From contig OZ245006.1 of NCBI GenBank assembly GCA_965223545.1, forward strand, positions 7,744,001-7,808,000: 64,000 nt of DNA. Reading direction: 5' to 3'. Both the position numbers and the translations under genes were made by a program. This document shows, one piece after another, positions 1-10,304 of this stretch (its first letter is position 1; each line of letters begins with the position of its first letter). A model generated the notes under the pieces. It was not told the DNA's origin. It ran no database searches and saw only the letters and a program-made list of their open reading frames with translations. The stretch is from Planctomycetota bacterium (lineage in GTDB: Bacteria; Planctomycetota; UBA1135; UBA2386).

Positions 1-1
1 G

Positions 2-1528
2 GTCTGGGGCTGGTTGAACCTGACGCTGGCGGCGCTGCTGGCGCTGGGCGCATGGGGCCTGATCTCGCTGCTGTTCGCCCGGCCCAGCCTGCGGCAGCTG
101 TGGGACGTGTCGCCGCAGGCGCGGTTCAGCGTCGAGCCGGCGACCGAGGATCTGCTGGCGCAGATTCGCGACAGCGACGAGCCGATCGAGTTCCACACCG
201 TCTACCTGCCGATCCGCTCGATGCAGGTCGGTGGCCCCGAGGGCAAACAGTACCGGGCGCTCTACCAAGCCCTGCAGCAGAACACGACCGATCTGCTGCG
301 CACCTACGACTTCCTCGGCGGCGACGCGGTGACGGTGACGCACCACGATCTGATGCGCGACGTCGACGCGATCCGCGCGGTGATGCAGCAGATCCAAAAC
401 CGCAACTACAACGTCGTCGTCATCCGGCGCGGCAGCCGCAGCAAGGTCCTGCACCTGGTCAACGACCTCGCCGATCTCGAGCTGCCGGACGCGAGCGCGC
501 CGGTGCCGGGCGGGCAGCAGGCGGTGCCGCGGCTGCGCGACTACAAGGGCGAAGAGGCGATCTCCACCGCGCTCAAGCAGCTGCTGGTGGAGGGCACGCC
601 AAAGATCTACTTCCTCGCCGGCAACCACGTGTCGCTGACCGACGGTATCGCCGACAGCTACTCGGAGATGGTCGGCGCGCTGGCGGACGACGGCTTCGAG
701 GTGGCGAGCCTGAGCCTGGCGCAGGAGGGCCGCATCCCCGACGACGCGACCGTGGTGGCGATCCTCGAGCCGCGCGCCGAGCTCACCGACGCCGAGGCGG
801 AGCTGCTGATCGCGTTCATGCGCCGGGGTGGGCGCGTGTTCCTCAACCTCGCCTACTCGTTCGTCGGGCCGAGCTGGAATCCGACCATGCGCGCGCTGGG
901 CGAGCGCCTCGGCTTCGAGATCGGCCGCGAGCTGGTGTGCCACATCGTCGAGGACCCGCGCAACCCCGGCGCCGAGATGGGCGGCGACTACGCGGTCAAC
1001 CTCAACCTGACCGACCTCAACCCGGTCCACCCGGTGACCCGCGTGCTGCTGCAGAACCAGCGGTTTCCAGTGGTCAAGGGCGGCCGGGAGATCCGCAAGG
1101 TCGACGGCGGCGAGGACGGGGTCCGGGTCGACACGAGCTTTCTGCGCACCGGGCCCAAGGCCTGGATCGACCCGCGCGCCACGCGGGTTCCGCCGCGGCA
1201 GCGCGAGGCCTACGCGTCGCGCTGCATCGGCGCGGTGATCGACGTCGACCCCACCGAGGGCGAACGCCCGGGGCACTGCGTCTTGCTGAGCGGGGCGGCC
1301 TTCGTCAACACCGGCTTCAGCGTCAACGGCGACCTCGCCCTCAACTTGTTCAACTGGCTGGCGCGGCGCGACGCGCTGGTCAGCGTGCGTGGCAACCGCT
1401 ACGTCTCGCGCGCGCTCGAGCTCAAGCCGCAGCAGCTGGAGCGCATGTACCAGCTGCTGGTGTTCGGCGTGCCCGGCGCCTTGCTGCTGCTGGGCGTGGC
1501 GGTCGCCTGGCGCCGGAGGCGGGCCTGA
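2..1528 (+). CDS. GldG-like ABC transporter auxiliary component (5' end probably outside window)
   Basis: N- and C-terminal TM helices; PKIYFLAGNH, RRGGRVFL, HPVTR and NGDLALNLFNWL motifs typical of GldG/ABC_transp_aux; frame open to window edge. Confidence 0.75.
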   Translation, partial: VWGWLNLTLAALLALGAWGLISLLFARPSLRQLWDVSPQARFSVEPATEDLLAQIRDSDEPIEFHTVYLPIRSMQVGGPEGKQYRALYQALQQNTTDLLRTYDFLGGDAVTVTHHDLMRDVDAIRAVMQQIQNRNYNVVVIRRGSRSKVLHLVNDLADLELPDASAPVPGGQQAVPRLRDYKGEEAISTALKQLLVEGTPKIYFLAGNHVSLTDGIADSYSEMVGALADDGFEVASLSLAQEGRIPDDATVVAILEPRAELTDAEAELLIAFMRRGGRVFLNLAYSFVGPSWNPTMRALGERLGFEIGRELVCHIVEDPRNPGAEMGGDYAVNLNLTDLNPVHPVTRVLLQNQRFPVVKGGREIRKVDGGEDGVRVDTSFLRTGPKAWIDPRATRVPPRQREAYASRCIGAVIDVDPTEGERPGHCVLLSGAAFVNTGFSVNGDLALNLFNWLARRDALVSVRGNRYVSRALELKPQQLERMYQLLVFGVPGALLLLGVAVAWRRRRA

Positions 1529-3277
1529 ATGGGCGGGCGCTCGACGCTACTGCTGCTGATTCTGGTCGGCGCGCTGGTCGCGGGCATCTACTGGACCGAG
1601 GGCGTGGAGGAGGACCGGCCGGTGCTCACCGTGCGCGCGCTGGGCGAGCGGAGCTTCGCGCACGTCGCGCGGATCACCGTGCAGCGCGGCGAGGCGACAC
1701 CGATCGTCCTCGAGCGCGGCGGAGTGCGGGGCTACCGCGTCCTCGAGCCGCTGCGCGATGACGCCTCGCGGGCGCGCATGCTGGCGGTGCGCGACGCCTG
1801 GAACTCCGCCGAGCTGGTGGCGATCTACGGGCCGGGCACCGTCGACGAGGACCTCGCCGCGCAGCTCGGCCTGTCGCCGCCCGCGCTGCGGGTCGAGTTC
1901 GTGTTCGAGGACGGCGAGCGGCGCGAGTTCGAGATCGGCAGCGAGGGGCCGCTCGGCACGGAGTTGTTCGTGCGGCTGGGGGAGACGGTGTACCACGGCG
2001 GCAAGGCACTGCGCAGCGTGATCGAGGGCAACGTCGACGACTTCCGCGAGCGCCAGGTGTTCTTCAACGAGCCGGGCAACATGCACCGCCTGGAGCTGCG
2101 CCGCCGGCAAGAGGACCACACCTACTCAGTGGTGCGCCTGGAGCGCGGCCGCGAGGGGCTGCGGCTGACCGCGCCGATCGAGACCGCCGCACACCAGGGC
2201 AGCGCGCACTCGTTCGTCGCCAACTTGCTCGGTCTGTCGGTGCAGAGCTTCGTCGCCGGCAACACCGGCTTGGGGCCGATGGCGGAGCCGAGCTTCGTCA
2301 TCGAGGTCGACGGCGCGGCGGGCAGCGAGTCGCTGCAGCTGTGGCGCGAGGGCGAGTTCATGATCCGCGGGCACCTGACGCCGCGCGATCTCGACTTCAC
2401 CTTCGAGGCGCGCAACGTCCTGCCGGCCCTGCAGGCCAGCGTCGAGGCGCTGCGCTCGCGGCTGATGAATCCGTTCGCCCCGGACGAGCTCACCGAAGTC
2501 GTCGTCGATCCCGGCGCCGGGGTTGGCTCTCCGCTCGTCCTTCGCCGCGGCCGCGACGAGCTGCTGCGGCTGGAGGGTCCAATCCGCAGCGAAGCGGATC
2601 CCAGCGTGGTGACCCAGCTGTTGGATGCGCTGAGTCGGTTCGGCGCCGAGAGCTTCGTCGAGCAGCCGTCTTCGGATCCCAGCGCGTACGGATTGGAGGA
2701 GGGCGCGGTCGGCATCGAGCTGGTCGGCCCGATGCGACAGCGTAGGGTGGAGGTCGCGCTCGGCCGCGCCGCCGACGGGGCGGCCTACGCAAGGCGGGCT
2801 GGCGAGACGCACGTCGCTCGCATCGCCGCCGATGTCGCCGACGTACTGGCGCGGCCGTGGTACGAGTACGTGCACAAGCAGGTCCACCGCCAGGCCGTGG
2901 TCTTCGACATCCGGCGCGTGACCTACTCGAAGGGCGGCGTCGAGCGGCGCTTCATCAAGGACGACGACGGCAAGTGGGCGGTCGAGGGTGGTGGTGCCGC
3001 GCCGCCGGACTTCGCGTCGCTGGTGTCCGAAACGCTCGCCGACCTGCGCGGCACGGCAGTGCTCGACGGCGAGCGGGACGACCTGCCGGAGCCGCTGGTG
3101 ATCGAGCTCGCCCGCGCCAACGGGATGGCGCTCGTGGTGTTCGAGCTCTACCAGGGCGTGCCGGGCGAGGCGGACACCGTGCTGGTGCGCAACCGGCAGC
3201 AGCCGCGCCTTCTGTACCGGCTGCGAGTGTTGGAGGGCGCCCAGCTGCTGGCGCCGTTCGCGGCCGCCTCCGGCTAG
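1529..3277 (+). CDS. DUF4340 domain membrane-anchored protein
   Basis: N-terminal TM, repeated '(Y/L)GL..P' segments, directly after GldG-like gene. Confidence 0.65.
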   Translation: MGGRSTLLLLILVGALVAGIYWTEGVEEDRPVLTVRALGERSFAHVARITVQRGEATPIVLERGGVRGYRVLEPLRDDASRARMLAVRDAWNSAELVAIYGPGTVDEDLAAQLGLSPPALRVEFVFEDGERREFEIGSEGPLGTELFVRLGETVYHGGKALRSVIEGNVDDFRERQVFFNEPGNMHRLELRRRQEDHTYSVVRLERGREGLRLTAPIETAAHQGSAHSFVANLLGLSVQSFVAGNTGLGPMAEPSFVIEVDGAAGSESLQLWREGEFMIRGHLTPRDLDFTFEARNVLPALQASVEALRSRLMNPFAPDELTEVVVDPGAGVGSPLVLRRGRDELLRLEGPIRSEADPSVVTQLLDALSRFGAESFVEQPSSDPSAYGLEEGAVGIELVGPMRQRRVEVALGRAADGAAYARRAGETHVARIAADVADVLARPWYEYVHKQVHRQAVVFDIRRVTYSKGGVERRFIKDDDGKWAVEGGGAAPPDFASLVSETLADLRGTAVLDGERDDLPEPLVIELARANGMALVVFELYQGVPGEADTVLVRNRQQPRLLYRLRVLEGAQLLAPFAAASG

Positions 3278-3381
3278 CCAGGCCGCCGTTCGGCGGCAAG
3301 GGCGTGCCCAGCAGTACGCCCGGCAAGCGCGTCAGGCCGCTCGATCCGGTGGCGCGCACGGAGCGCGCGGTGCGTCACGCA

Positions 3382-4554
3382 CTACTCGCGGCGGCGGTGC
3401 ACGATGACGCGCACGCGTTGCCACTCGCCGTTGGCTTCGGTCTCGATCTCGGTCCGCCGCTCGTCGTCGCCAACCCAACGCATCGTCGTGCGGATGCCGA
3501 AATCGCCGCCGCCGGCGCGTCGCATCGTCAGTTGTTGCACGCTCGGGTCCTCGCCGATCGGCCCGCTCAACAGGCCGATCGGTCCGCCGAAGTTGTCGAC
3601 GAACGTGCCGGTCCACTGCCCGTCGCGGGTCAGGAAGCCGAGCACGGTGTGCGCCCAGGTCGCGGAGCCATCCGCCCGGTCGGCCTGCATGTCCGAGATC
3701 AGCCAGCGCCCGCCCGACGGAAAGCGACACACTTCCGAGCCGGGGTACTCGCGGCTCCGGTCGCCGTTGTAGTCCGTGATCGTGAGGTCCCACGTGCCCT
3801 CCTGCTTCGCGAGCACGGCGCGCCACTTGTCGGCGGGGTCCTGCGGTCGAGTGACCGTGTGGCCGACGGAAAGATCAGAGCTGCCCGTGGCATCGTGGAG
3901 CACGGCAGTGCCGGAGAGCAGCGTGATGGCCGCGGTCGCGGCAGGAGTGAGACGGTGCATGTGTAAATCCTCCGTGAGGTTCGAGAACGTTCGGGGGCCG
4001 AGTTGGTAGTCGTCGTCTAGCGCGCGCACGCGCAAGCGTGCGCCCGGGGCGGCGGTGACCGAGGTGCGCCCGACTTCGACGACACAAGGGCTCGTGCGCG
4101 CGCAAGCGACGGTGACGGCACCGCGCAGCAGCACGACGCGTGGTGTGGCCTCGGCGCCGAAGATGCGCGCCACCGCCCCGGCTGCCAGCTCGGCGCGCGT
4201 TCCGCGCGGCCACTCGAGCGCGGCCGGCTGCTCGGCGGCGACCGTGTGGCCGCTCGTGACCCGGTTGGTGGTGCGCGGCTCCCACTGGCCTGGCGCCGAC
4301 GAGAGGGCTGGCGGGTCGAGTCGGACCACAGCCCGGCCGGAACTCAGCATCTGCTGGGCCATGAGTGCGAGCGCGGCGCTGCCCACCGCACCGAGCAGCC
4401 ACGGCCAGGCGCGCAAGCGTGTGCCGCGCCGCCTCGCGGAAGCTGCGCCGGCCTGCCGCCACGCCGACACGACGCGCCAGCTGAGATCGTCCACCGGGGA
4501 TCCGAGGACTTGGCGGAGGGCTTGTTCGAGCACCAGCTCGCGCGGCTCCTTCAC
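3382..4554 (-). CDS. Putative anti-sigma factor (TM + FecR-like region + C-terminal DUF1579-like domain)
   Basis: GTG start overlaps ECF sigma stop; TM helix; 'LLRGAVTV' FecR-like strands; 'EGTWDL...GGRWLISD...WTGTFVDNFG'. Confidence 0.55.
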   Translation of the reverse strand: MKEPRELVLEQALRQVLGSPVDDLSWRVVSAWRQAGAASARRRGTRLRAWPWLLGAVGSAALALMAQQMLSSGRAVVRLDPPALSSAPGQWEPRTTNRVTSGHTVAAEQPAALEWPRGTRAELAAGAVARIFGAEATPRVVLLRGAVTVACARTSPCVVEVGRTSVTAAPGARLRVRALDDDYQLGPRTFSNLTEDLHMHRLTPAATAAITLLSGTAVLHDATGSSDLSVGHTVTRPQDPADKWRAVLAKQEGTWDLTITDYNGDRSREYPGSEVCRFPSGGRWLISDMQADRADGSATWAHTVLGFLTRDGQWTGTFVDNFGGPIGLLSGPIGEDPSVQQLTMRRAGGGDFGIRTTMRWVGDDERRTEIETEANGEWQRVRVIVHRRRE

Positions 4555-5075
4555 TGCAGCCTCCGCTCGATGCACTCGCGCAGGCGCGTCTTGCCACGCA
4601 GCAGGATCGACTTGACGCCACCCTCCGAGAGCTGCGCGCGGCGGGCGATCTCGGCGCGCGACAAGTCCTGCCCGTAGCGCAGCTGCAGGACTTCACGCGT
4701 GCGCGTCGTCAGGGCGTCCAGGCACGCGCGCAGTGCTTCCAAGTACGAAGCGCCATCGTCATGCCCCTCGTAGGCCTCCCAGGCCGCGTCGACTTCCGAC
4801 AGCTCGACCGAACGCGGCGAGCGCTGCACGGCTTTGAGAAAACCGTTCTTGACGGTGCGCCGCAGATACGCCGCCGTCGAGCCGCGATCGCGTTCGACGA
4901 AGCCCGACCGCAGCAGTGCCAAGAAACCCTCCTGCAGAATGTCGGGGACGTGGCTCTGCGGACATCCGAGCGCGGTCAGGTAGGCGGCCAGCGAGCGCTG
5001 GTGGCGTCGGACGAGGCGGGTGATCCGCTCGTCGGTCCACGCTCCGGCGCGCGCAGTCGGTTGTTCGATCGCCAC
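4551..5075 (-). CDS. ECF RNA polymerase sigma factor
   Basis: Region 2 'DILQEGFLALL' and region 4 'LRYGQDLSRAEIA...GVKSILLRGKTRLR'. Confidence 0.9.
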   Translation of the reverse strand: MAIEQPTARAGAWTDERITRLVRRHQRSLAAYLTALGCPQSHVPDILQEGFLALLRSGFVERDRGSTAAYLRRTVKNGFLKAVQRSPRSVELSEVDAAWEAYEGHDDGASYLEALRACLDALTTRTREVLQLRYGQDLSRAEIARRAQLSEGGVKSILLRGKTRLRECIERRLQ

Positions 5076-5149
5076 GTTGGCAGAATCCTCGTTCGGCGCG
5101 AACGGCCGCAGGATTCTGTCGGGATTCTGCGTTCAGGCTCCGAATCGAG

Positions 5150-8100
5150 CTACGGCAGTTGCTCGACGTCGACGACAATCGGCGACCGCGATGCGGAGAG
5201 GTCGGAGATCGCGAACTCGCCGCGAAACCGCCGGCCGTCGTCGAGCTCCAGCTCGAGCCGGTAAGCGCCGGCCGGCAGCGCGGGAGCGTAGCGGTACGGG
5301 TGCTCTTCGCGCGGGTCGTAGACACTGCTGTGCAGTGTGCGCCCACCGGCGTCGCGCAGCCAAAACTCGACGCGCTGGACCCCTTCCCAACCCGGCGGCT
5401 CCACGGCCGGAAAGCGGATCAGCCGCCGCGTGGCCGGCGCCAGGTCGAGCGTGACGACCGTCGATCGGGCCGCGTCGATGCGCACGCGCTGCGAGACCCA
5501 TTCGGCGTTGTTGGACAGAACGGCAATGCGATAGTCGCCCGCCGGCAGCGCGCGCGTGACTTTGCCGTCGGGAGTCGGCGTCGCCGGACTCGGGATCTCG
5601 CGGCCGCCGGGCCGCACGAAGTGCACCGTGGTCCCGCGCAGCGCCTCCCCGTCGTTGCGCCTCACTTGGAGATCCAGCTGGCCGGCCGCTGGCAACGACA
5701 CGCGGCCGGCGTCGACGCGCTGGCCGATGCCGATCTCGAACTCGCCCAGATCGGCAACCCATCGATGTGCCGGTCGGGCCGCGAACAAGGACAGGGCGTA
5801 GCGTCCGGCGGCGAGGGGGCCGACTTCGAAGCTGCCTTCCTCGACCGCAAACCGGCCGATCCACGCCGGCACTCGGTTGACGCCGAGCTGATGCACGGCG
5901 ATGGTCATCGCGCCGAACTGCTCTTCGGTCGCATCGAGGGTGCCGCGCAGCGCACCTGCGGCGGTGCGAGCGGCGCCGATGCGCACCACGATCTCGTCGT
6001 CGCTCGGGCGCAGATCTCCGAGCCAGTCGCAGCGCCATTCTCCGTGGATCGCCGCGGCGCGCACAGCGAGCCTGCCGCGCGCGCCGGGTGCCAGAGGCAG
6101 AGTTGCCCGGCCCTGATCGTCCGTCTGCGCGCGGTCGCCGCCCCGCCCGATCCACCGCACTTTCCATCCGCCCAGCGGTTGCTCGGCGTCGTCGACCAGT
6201 CGCAGCCGCACGATCGCTTCTCGCTCGAGCGTCGCATCCCAGCGCAACCCTGCCGCGTCGGGGTAGAACACGCGGCGCGCGGTCTGCCAGCCGGTGGCGC
6301 GCGCGGTGACCTCGATGCGCTGCGCGGGCAGACAGGCCAGCGAGAAACTGCCGTCGGCGCCGCAGCGCGTGGAGACGGTGTGGTGGTCGGCAAAACCGGT
6401 CACCCGCACGTCGGCCTCGATCGGGCGGCCATCGCGATCGCGCACCGAGCCAGTCAGCAGAGCGCCTCGCTCGAGCGAGATCTCCACCGCGGTCCGCTGG
6501 CCGGCGACGAGCTCGACGCGCCGCGACAGGGGCGCCGCGCCGGCGGCGCGCACGTCGAGGAATTCGGTGCCGGGGTGCAGATCGGGCAACGCGAAGCCGC
6601 CGTCGGTGCCGGTCCTCACCACGCGAGGCGGCCACCCCATGAGCCCCCCGGCGAACTGGCGGGAGAGTGCGCCGGCCGTTGTCACCACGGCATCGGCCAT
6701 CGGCCGTCGATCGGGGCCGTAGACGACGCCGACGAGCCCCGCGGCCAGCCCGCGCAACGCGATCGAGAGCTCGACCTCGGCACTGCCCGGCGCGTGGGCC
6801 CGATACATCAGCGAGGGCGCGTGGCCGGCGGCGCTGGCACCGATGCGGCTGCCGATCTGCAGCCCTTCCACCGCGAAGCGACCGCTCGCGTCCGCCCGTC
6901 CGATGCGCGAGCAGGGAAAGCCGACGACCTGTCGCAGCAGCCAGAGGTCGGCAAACGGCACCGCCACACCCCGGTCATCGACGACGATGCCCCGCGCCCT
7001 GGTCCCCGGTCGCAGCACCAGCGCGACGCGCGTCTCGCCGCCGGCCGGGATGTCGACCGCCGGGCCTGCCCCGCGCCGCTCGCGGTCGAGCCAGACGTCG
7101 AAGAGGCCGGCGGGCAGATCGTCGAACAACGCGATGCCCGCGTCATCGACCGCGATGGCGGCGGGACCGAGCGTCGGGTCGCTGCCATCGCGCGATGCGA
7201 CCGACACCGCGACCCATCGCGCCGGGTCACCGGATTCGGTGCGCACCTCGACCCGCAGCGCACCGCGGCCGGTTGCCAGCGGAGCCGCCGCGGCGACGCC
7301 GATGCGACGCTCGGCGTCGGCGGGCTCGGGTCCGCCCGACTCGGTGCTGGCGTGGCCTCCCTGCAAGGCGGTCGCCGGCGGAGCGTCCGCTGCCGAGGGT
7401 TCGGAGACGACGCCGACCTGTCCTTGTCCCGCATACCAGACGAGTGCCGCTGTGAGTGCGACGATTCCGACCCAGAGTTTCTTCATGCTCAGCAAGCCTC
7501 CGATCGAGAGCAGGGGCGCCGCCTTCCACGCCAGCGGGGCCTTCGCCAAGACGTCGGCCCGCACCCGGGCCAGCCCGCGCACTGCCGCGCGAGTCGAAAT
7601 GCCGCAGAGCGCGACCAGCACGCCGGCGGGCAACAACGCGCGCAGTTTGGCCAAGCCGCGGTGCAATCGCATGCGCACGGTGCCCGCCGGGATCCCCAAC
7701 ACTTCGCCGATCTCGGCCGGTTGTAGGCCGTGCTGCATCCGCAGCAGGACCACCTGACGGCAGCCATCCGGCAACCGCTCGACTCCGCGCCGCAGCAGCG
7801 ACACCAACTCGGCACGCTGCGCCAGCTCTTCCGGGCCGGACGCCTCGACCGGGCGCATCCGCTCCGGCCGCGGGCGGCGCCGGCTCCGCCGCGCCTCGGT
7901 GGCGGCGTGCCGCGTGAGAATCCCGTTCAGCCACGGCAGCACCGCAGCTCCCGACTGAAACGACGCCGCGCGTTCCATCGCCGTGACGAAGGTCGCTTGC
8001 ACGAGATCCTCCGCATCAGCGGGCTCTCCCGCCAAGTGCAGCGCCAACGACAGCAGCCGCGGCGCGGCGACGTCGAAGACGTCCGCCAGACACTGCGGAT

Positions 8101-8152
8101 CACCGCTGCGGCGATACTGCTCGAAGCGGGCATCGATGGACGGGGGCCTCAT
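5150..8152 (-). CDS. ECF sigma factor fused to TM and carboxypeptidase-regulatory-like repeats
   Basis: 'AEDLVQATF', 'EIGEVLGIPAGTVRMRLHRGL', TM, then repeated 'G.V.D..G.P' beta-sandwich modules. Confidence 0.85.
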   Translation of the reverse strand: MRPPSIDARFEQYRRSGDPQCLADVFDVAAPRLLSLALHLAGEPADAEDLVQATFVTAMERAASFQSGAAVLPWLNGILTRHAATEARRSRRRPRPERMRPVEASGPEELAQRAELVSLLRRGVERLPDGCRQVVLLRMQHGLQPAEIGEVLGIPAGTVRMRLHRGLAKLRALLPAGVLVALCGISTRAAVRGLARVRADVLAKAPLAWKAAPLLSIGGLLSMKKLWVGIVALTAALVWYAGQGQVGVVSEPSAADAPPATALQGGHASTESGGPEPADAERRIGVAAAAPLATGRGALRVEVRTESGDPARWVAVSVASRDGSDPTLGPAAIAVDDAGIALFDDLPAGLFDVWLDRERRGAGPAVDIPAGGETRVALVLRPGTRARGIVVDDRGVAVPFADLWLLRQVVGFPCSRIGRADASGRFAVEGLQIGSRIGASAAGHAPSLMYRAHAPGSAEVELSIALRGLAAGLVGVVYGPDRRPMADAVVTTAGALSRQFAGGLMGWPPRVVRTGTDGGFALPDLHPGTEFLDVRAAGAAPLSRRVELVAGQRTAVEISLERGALLTGSVRDRDGRPIEADVRVTGFADHHTVSTRCGADGSFSLACLPAQRIEVTARATGWQTARRVFYPDAAGLRWDATLEREAIVRLRLVDDAEQPLGGWKVRWIGRGGDRAQTDDQGRATLPLAPGARGRLAVRAAAIHGEWRCDWLGDLRPSDDEIVVRIGAARTAAGALRGTLDATEEQFGAMTIAVHQLGVNRVPAWIGRFAVEEGSFEVGPLAAGRYALSLFAARPAHRWVADLGEFEIGIGQRVDAGRVSLPAAGQLDLQVRRNDGEALRGTTVHFVRPGGREIPSPATPTPDGKVTRALPAGDYRIAVLSNNAEWVSQRVRIDAARSTVVTLDLAPATRRLIRFPAVEPPGWEGVQRVEFWLRDAGGRTLHSSVYDPREEHPYRYAPALPAGAYRLELELDDGRRFRGEFAISDLSASRSPIVVDVEQLP

Positions 8153-8241
8153 GCCACCCCTCTGTCTACGTGAACCCGCCCAGCGTCACCCCAAAAGCAG
8201 AGATCCGGCTGTCCGCGTCGGTCATCATGTGGGCGATGAGG

Positions 8242-9348
8242 ATGCGTGTTGCCTATGTCGGAGGCCTCGGCCTGATGGCGTCCCCCGCAGCCCGACACCT
8301 TGCGGGCGGGCCCGCGCGCGTGCTGCGCGTGCACGACCGCGGCCAGCCGGGCGCGCGGCGCGACGCGGCGCGGGCGGCGTGGCGGGCACATGGGGCGGAG
8401 TTGGTGGGGGATCTTCGATCGTTGGTCGCCGGCGGGGACCTGGACGTCGTCGTGGTCTGTTGTGGCAAGAACGGAGACGACTTACCGCTGGTCGCCGAGC
8501 TCGGCGCTCGGTTGGCGCGCGCCGCGCCGGCGGCGACCGTGTTGCATCTCTCCACCGTCAGCACGGGCTTCGCCCGGGCGGCACACGCGTACTGCGGCGA
8601 CCGCGGCATCGCCTACGCCAACTATCCGCTGACCGGAGGCCCACTCGGTGCCGAGCGCGGTGGCGGCGAGGGCGGCATGCTGATCTTGGCGGGAGGCGAC
8701 CGAGCGCTCTACGACCGGCTCCGCCCGACGCTCGAGCGCCTGGGACACCCGCGCCACCTCGGCGCCCGCGTCGAGGCCGGCGCCGAGACCAAGCTGATCG
8801 GCCACCACATGGTGTTCGACGGCTGCATCGGCATGAGCGCGGCCGTCGCCCTGCACGCCGAGGGCTTCGCCGGCGGCGCGATCGGCGGGGACGAACAGGT
8901 CGCGTTCTTCGACTTCCTCAACGGCGGCGCCGGCGGCACCCGGCAGTGGGAGGTGGCGCTGGCCAAAGGTGTGCGTGACGGCGTGTGGGATCAGGGCTTC
9001 ATGCTGCGCCACGCCGTCGTCGACGCGATCTACGCGGCGGACTTGGCGATCGAACGCGGCCTGCCGCGGTTGGCAGTGCGACCGATCCTCGATCTGGCGT
9101 TGGCGTTCTCGCACTTGATGCATCGCGAGCCCGACCAGGATCTCGCGACGCACGCGGTCGCGCGCCAGATGCTGGCGGCGCACGCGGCGGAGTTGGATGC
9201 GTTCGCGTCGCGGCACGGCGCGGACGAGACGGATCCACGCATGGCTTTGCAGCGGTGCGTGGCGTCGCTGCCCGACGATGTGCGCGCGTCTGTGCGGCTC
9301 GATGTCGAAGCGGAGATGCTCGCCGATGCTGCGCGCGGTGTGGAGTGA
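8242..9348 (+). CDS. NAD(P)-dependent oxidoreductase, 3-hydroxyisobutyrate/6-phosphogluconate dehydrogenase family
   Basis: 'VGGLGLMA' Rossmann motif, 'LSTVS', 'PLTGG', 'GAETKL'; start uncertain (8227-8242). Confidence 0.75.
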   Translation: MRVAYVGGLGLMASPAARHLAGGPARVLRVHDRGQPGARRDAARAAWRAHGAELVGDLRSLVAGGDLDVVVVCCGKNGDDLPLVAELGARLARAAPAATVLHLSTVSTGFARAAHAYCGDRGIAYANYPLTGGPLGAERGGGEGGMLILAGGDRALYDRLRPTLERLGHPRHLGARVEAGAETKLIGHHMVFDGCIGMSAAVALHAEGFAGGAIGGDEQVAFFDFLNGGAGGTRQWEVALAKGVRDGVWDQGFMLRHAVVDAIYAADLAIERGLPRLAVRPILDLALAFSHLMHREPDQDLATHAVARQMLAAHAAELDAFASRHGADETDPRMALQRCVASLPDDVRASVRLDVEAEMLADAARGVE

Positions 9349-9390
9349 CGTTCCGAACCAGGTCCGGCCCCCTTTCGCAGACGTTCGTCT

Positions 9391-10208
9391 TCAGTTGCGA
9401 GAGGAGTCGCCTGCTCCGTTCGGTCGCTGCAGCAGGTCTGCTAGTGTCGGCCAGCTGTGTCCAGCGCGAGTGCGGGCCGTGCCGACCACCGTTGGCTGGT
9501 CATCGGGGACGACGATCCTCGCGTTGTCGAGCATGGTCGCGTGGTTGCCGAAGCTGCTGAGATCGGGCGTTTGGCCGAGAAGATCGCTTCCGATCATGGA
9601 CCAGTTGCCGACCAGGCCCGGCGCCCGGTGCCTGGGAATGCCCCGCATCCCGGCTTGGATCTCGGCCTGCGTACGGGCGACGTTCCAGATGCGTGCCTCA
9701 TCGATCATGCCCGCGAAGAAGTTGGTCGTGGATCCTGCCTGAGCGCCCAAGCGCAGGGGGACGGTGGACTCGAGCACAGGCCCGGCCGACACCGCCCGTT
9801 CGGTGTCGAGTTGGCCGTCGATGTAGAGCCGCGCGACGACGCCGTCGTAGGTGAAGGCCGCGTGGGTCCAAGTGTCTTCTTGGATCGGAATGACGCCATC
9901 GAAGAAGGTGCCTCCAACGTTTTCGTTGATGGCGACGCGCACACGCTGGATCGTGCGATGGTAGGACAGGCCGTAAGGGCGTTCTCCGAGCGAGCTGCTG
10001 AATTGCGCGATGATCGCCTCACGCCGTTGCTGAAGAAGGCGGAGGAGTTCGGATGAAACCAGGCCTCCGCGGTGATTTGTTGCAGCCCGCTCAGTGACGG
10101 GCTGTCGGCGATCTCGGCGGTGTCGTTGACGCCGTCTAGCAGCAGAACCGAGTTCAGCGTGAGGCTGCCCAGCGAAACAGCGGCGAGTCCCAGTGCAAAG
10201 TGCTTCAT
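9391..10208 (-). pseudogene. LamG/concanavalin A-like secreted protein with an apparent frameshift near 10020
   Basis: 'LLLDGVNDTAEI...ITAEAWFHP' in one frame; 'WTHAAFTYDG...LYIDGQL...GMIDEARIWN' in another. Confidence 0.65.
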
Positions 10209-10304
10209 TTCATCTGTGTGGTGTGAGAGAGGTGCTCGGGCGAGGCCGCCGGGGCTTCGCCGTGACTCGTGGTGTGGCCGGTCTGAAAACGCTACAGTAA
10301 CCCC

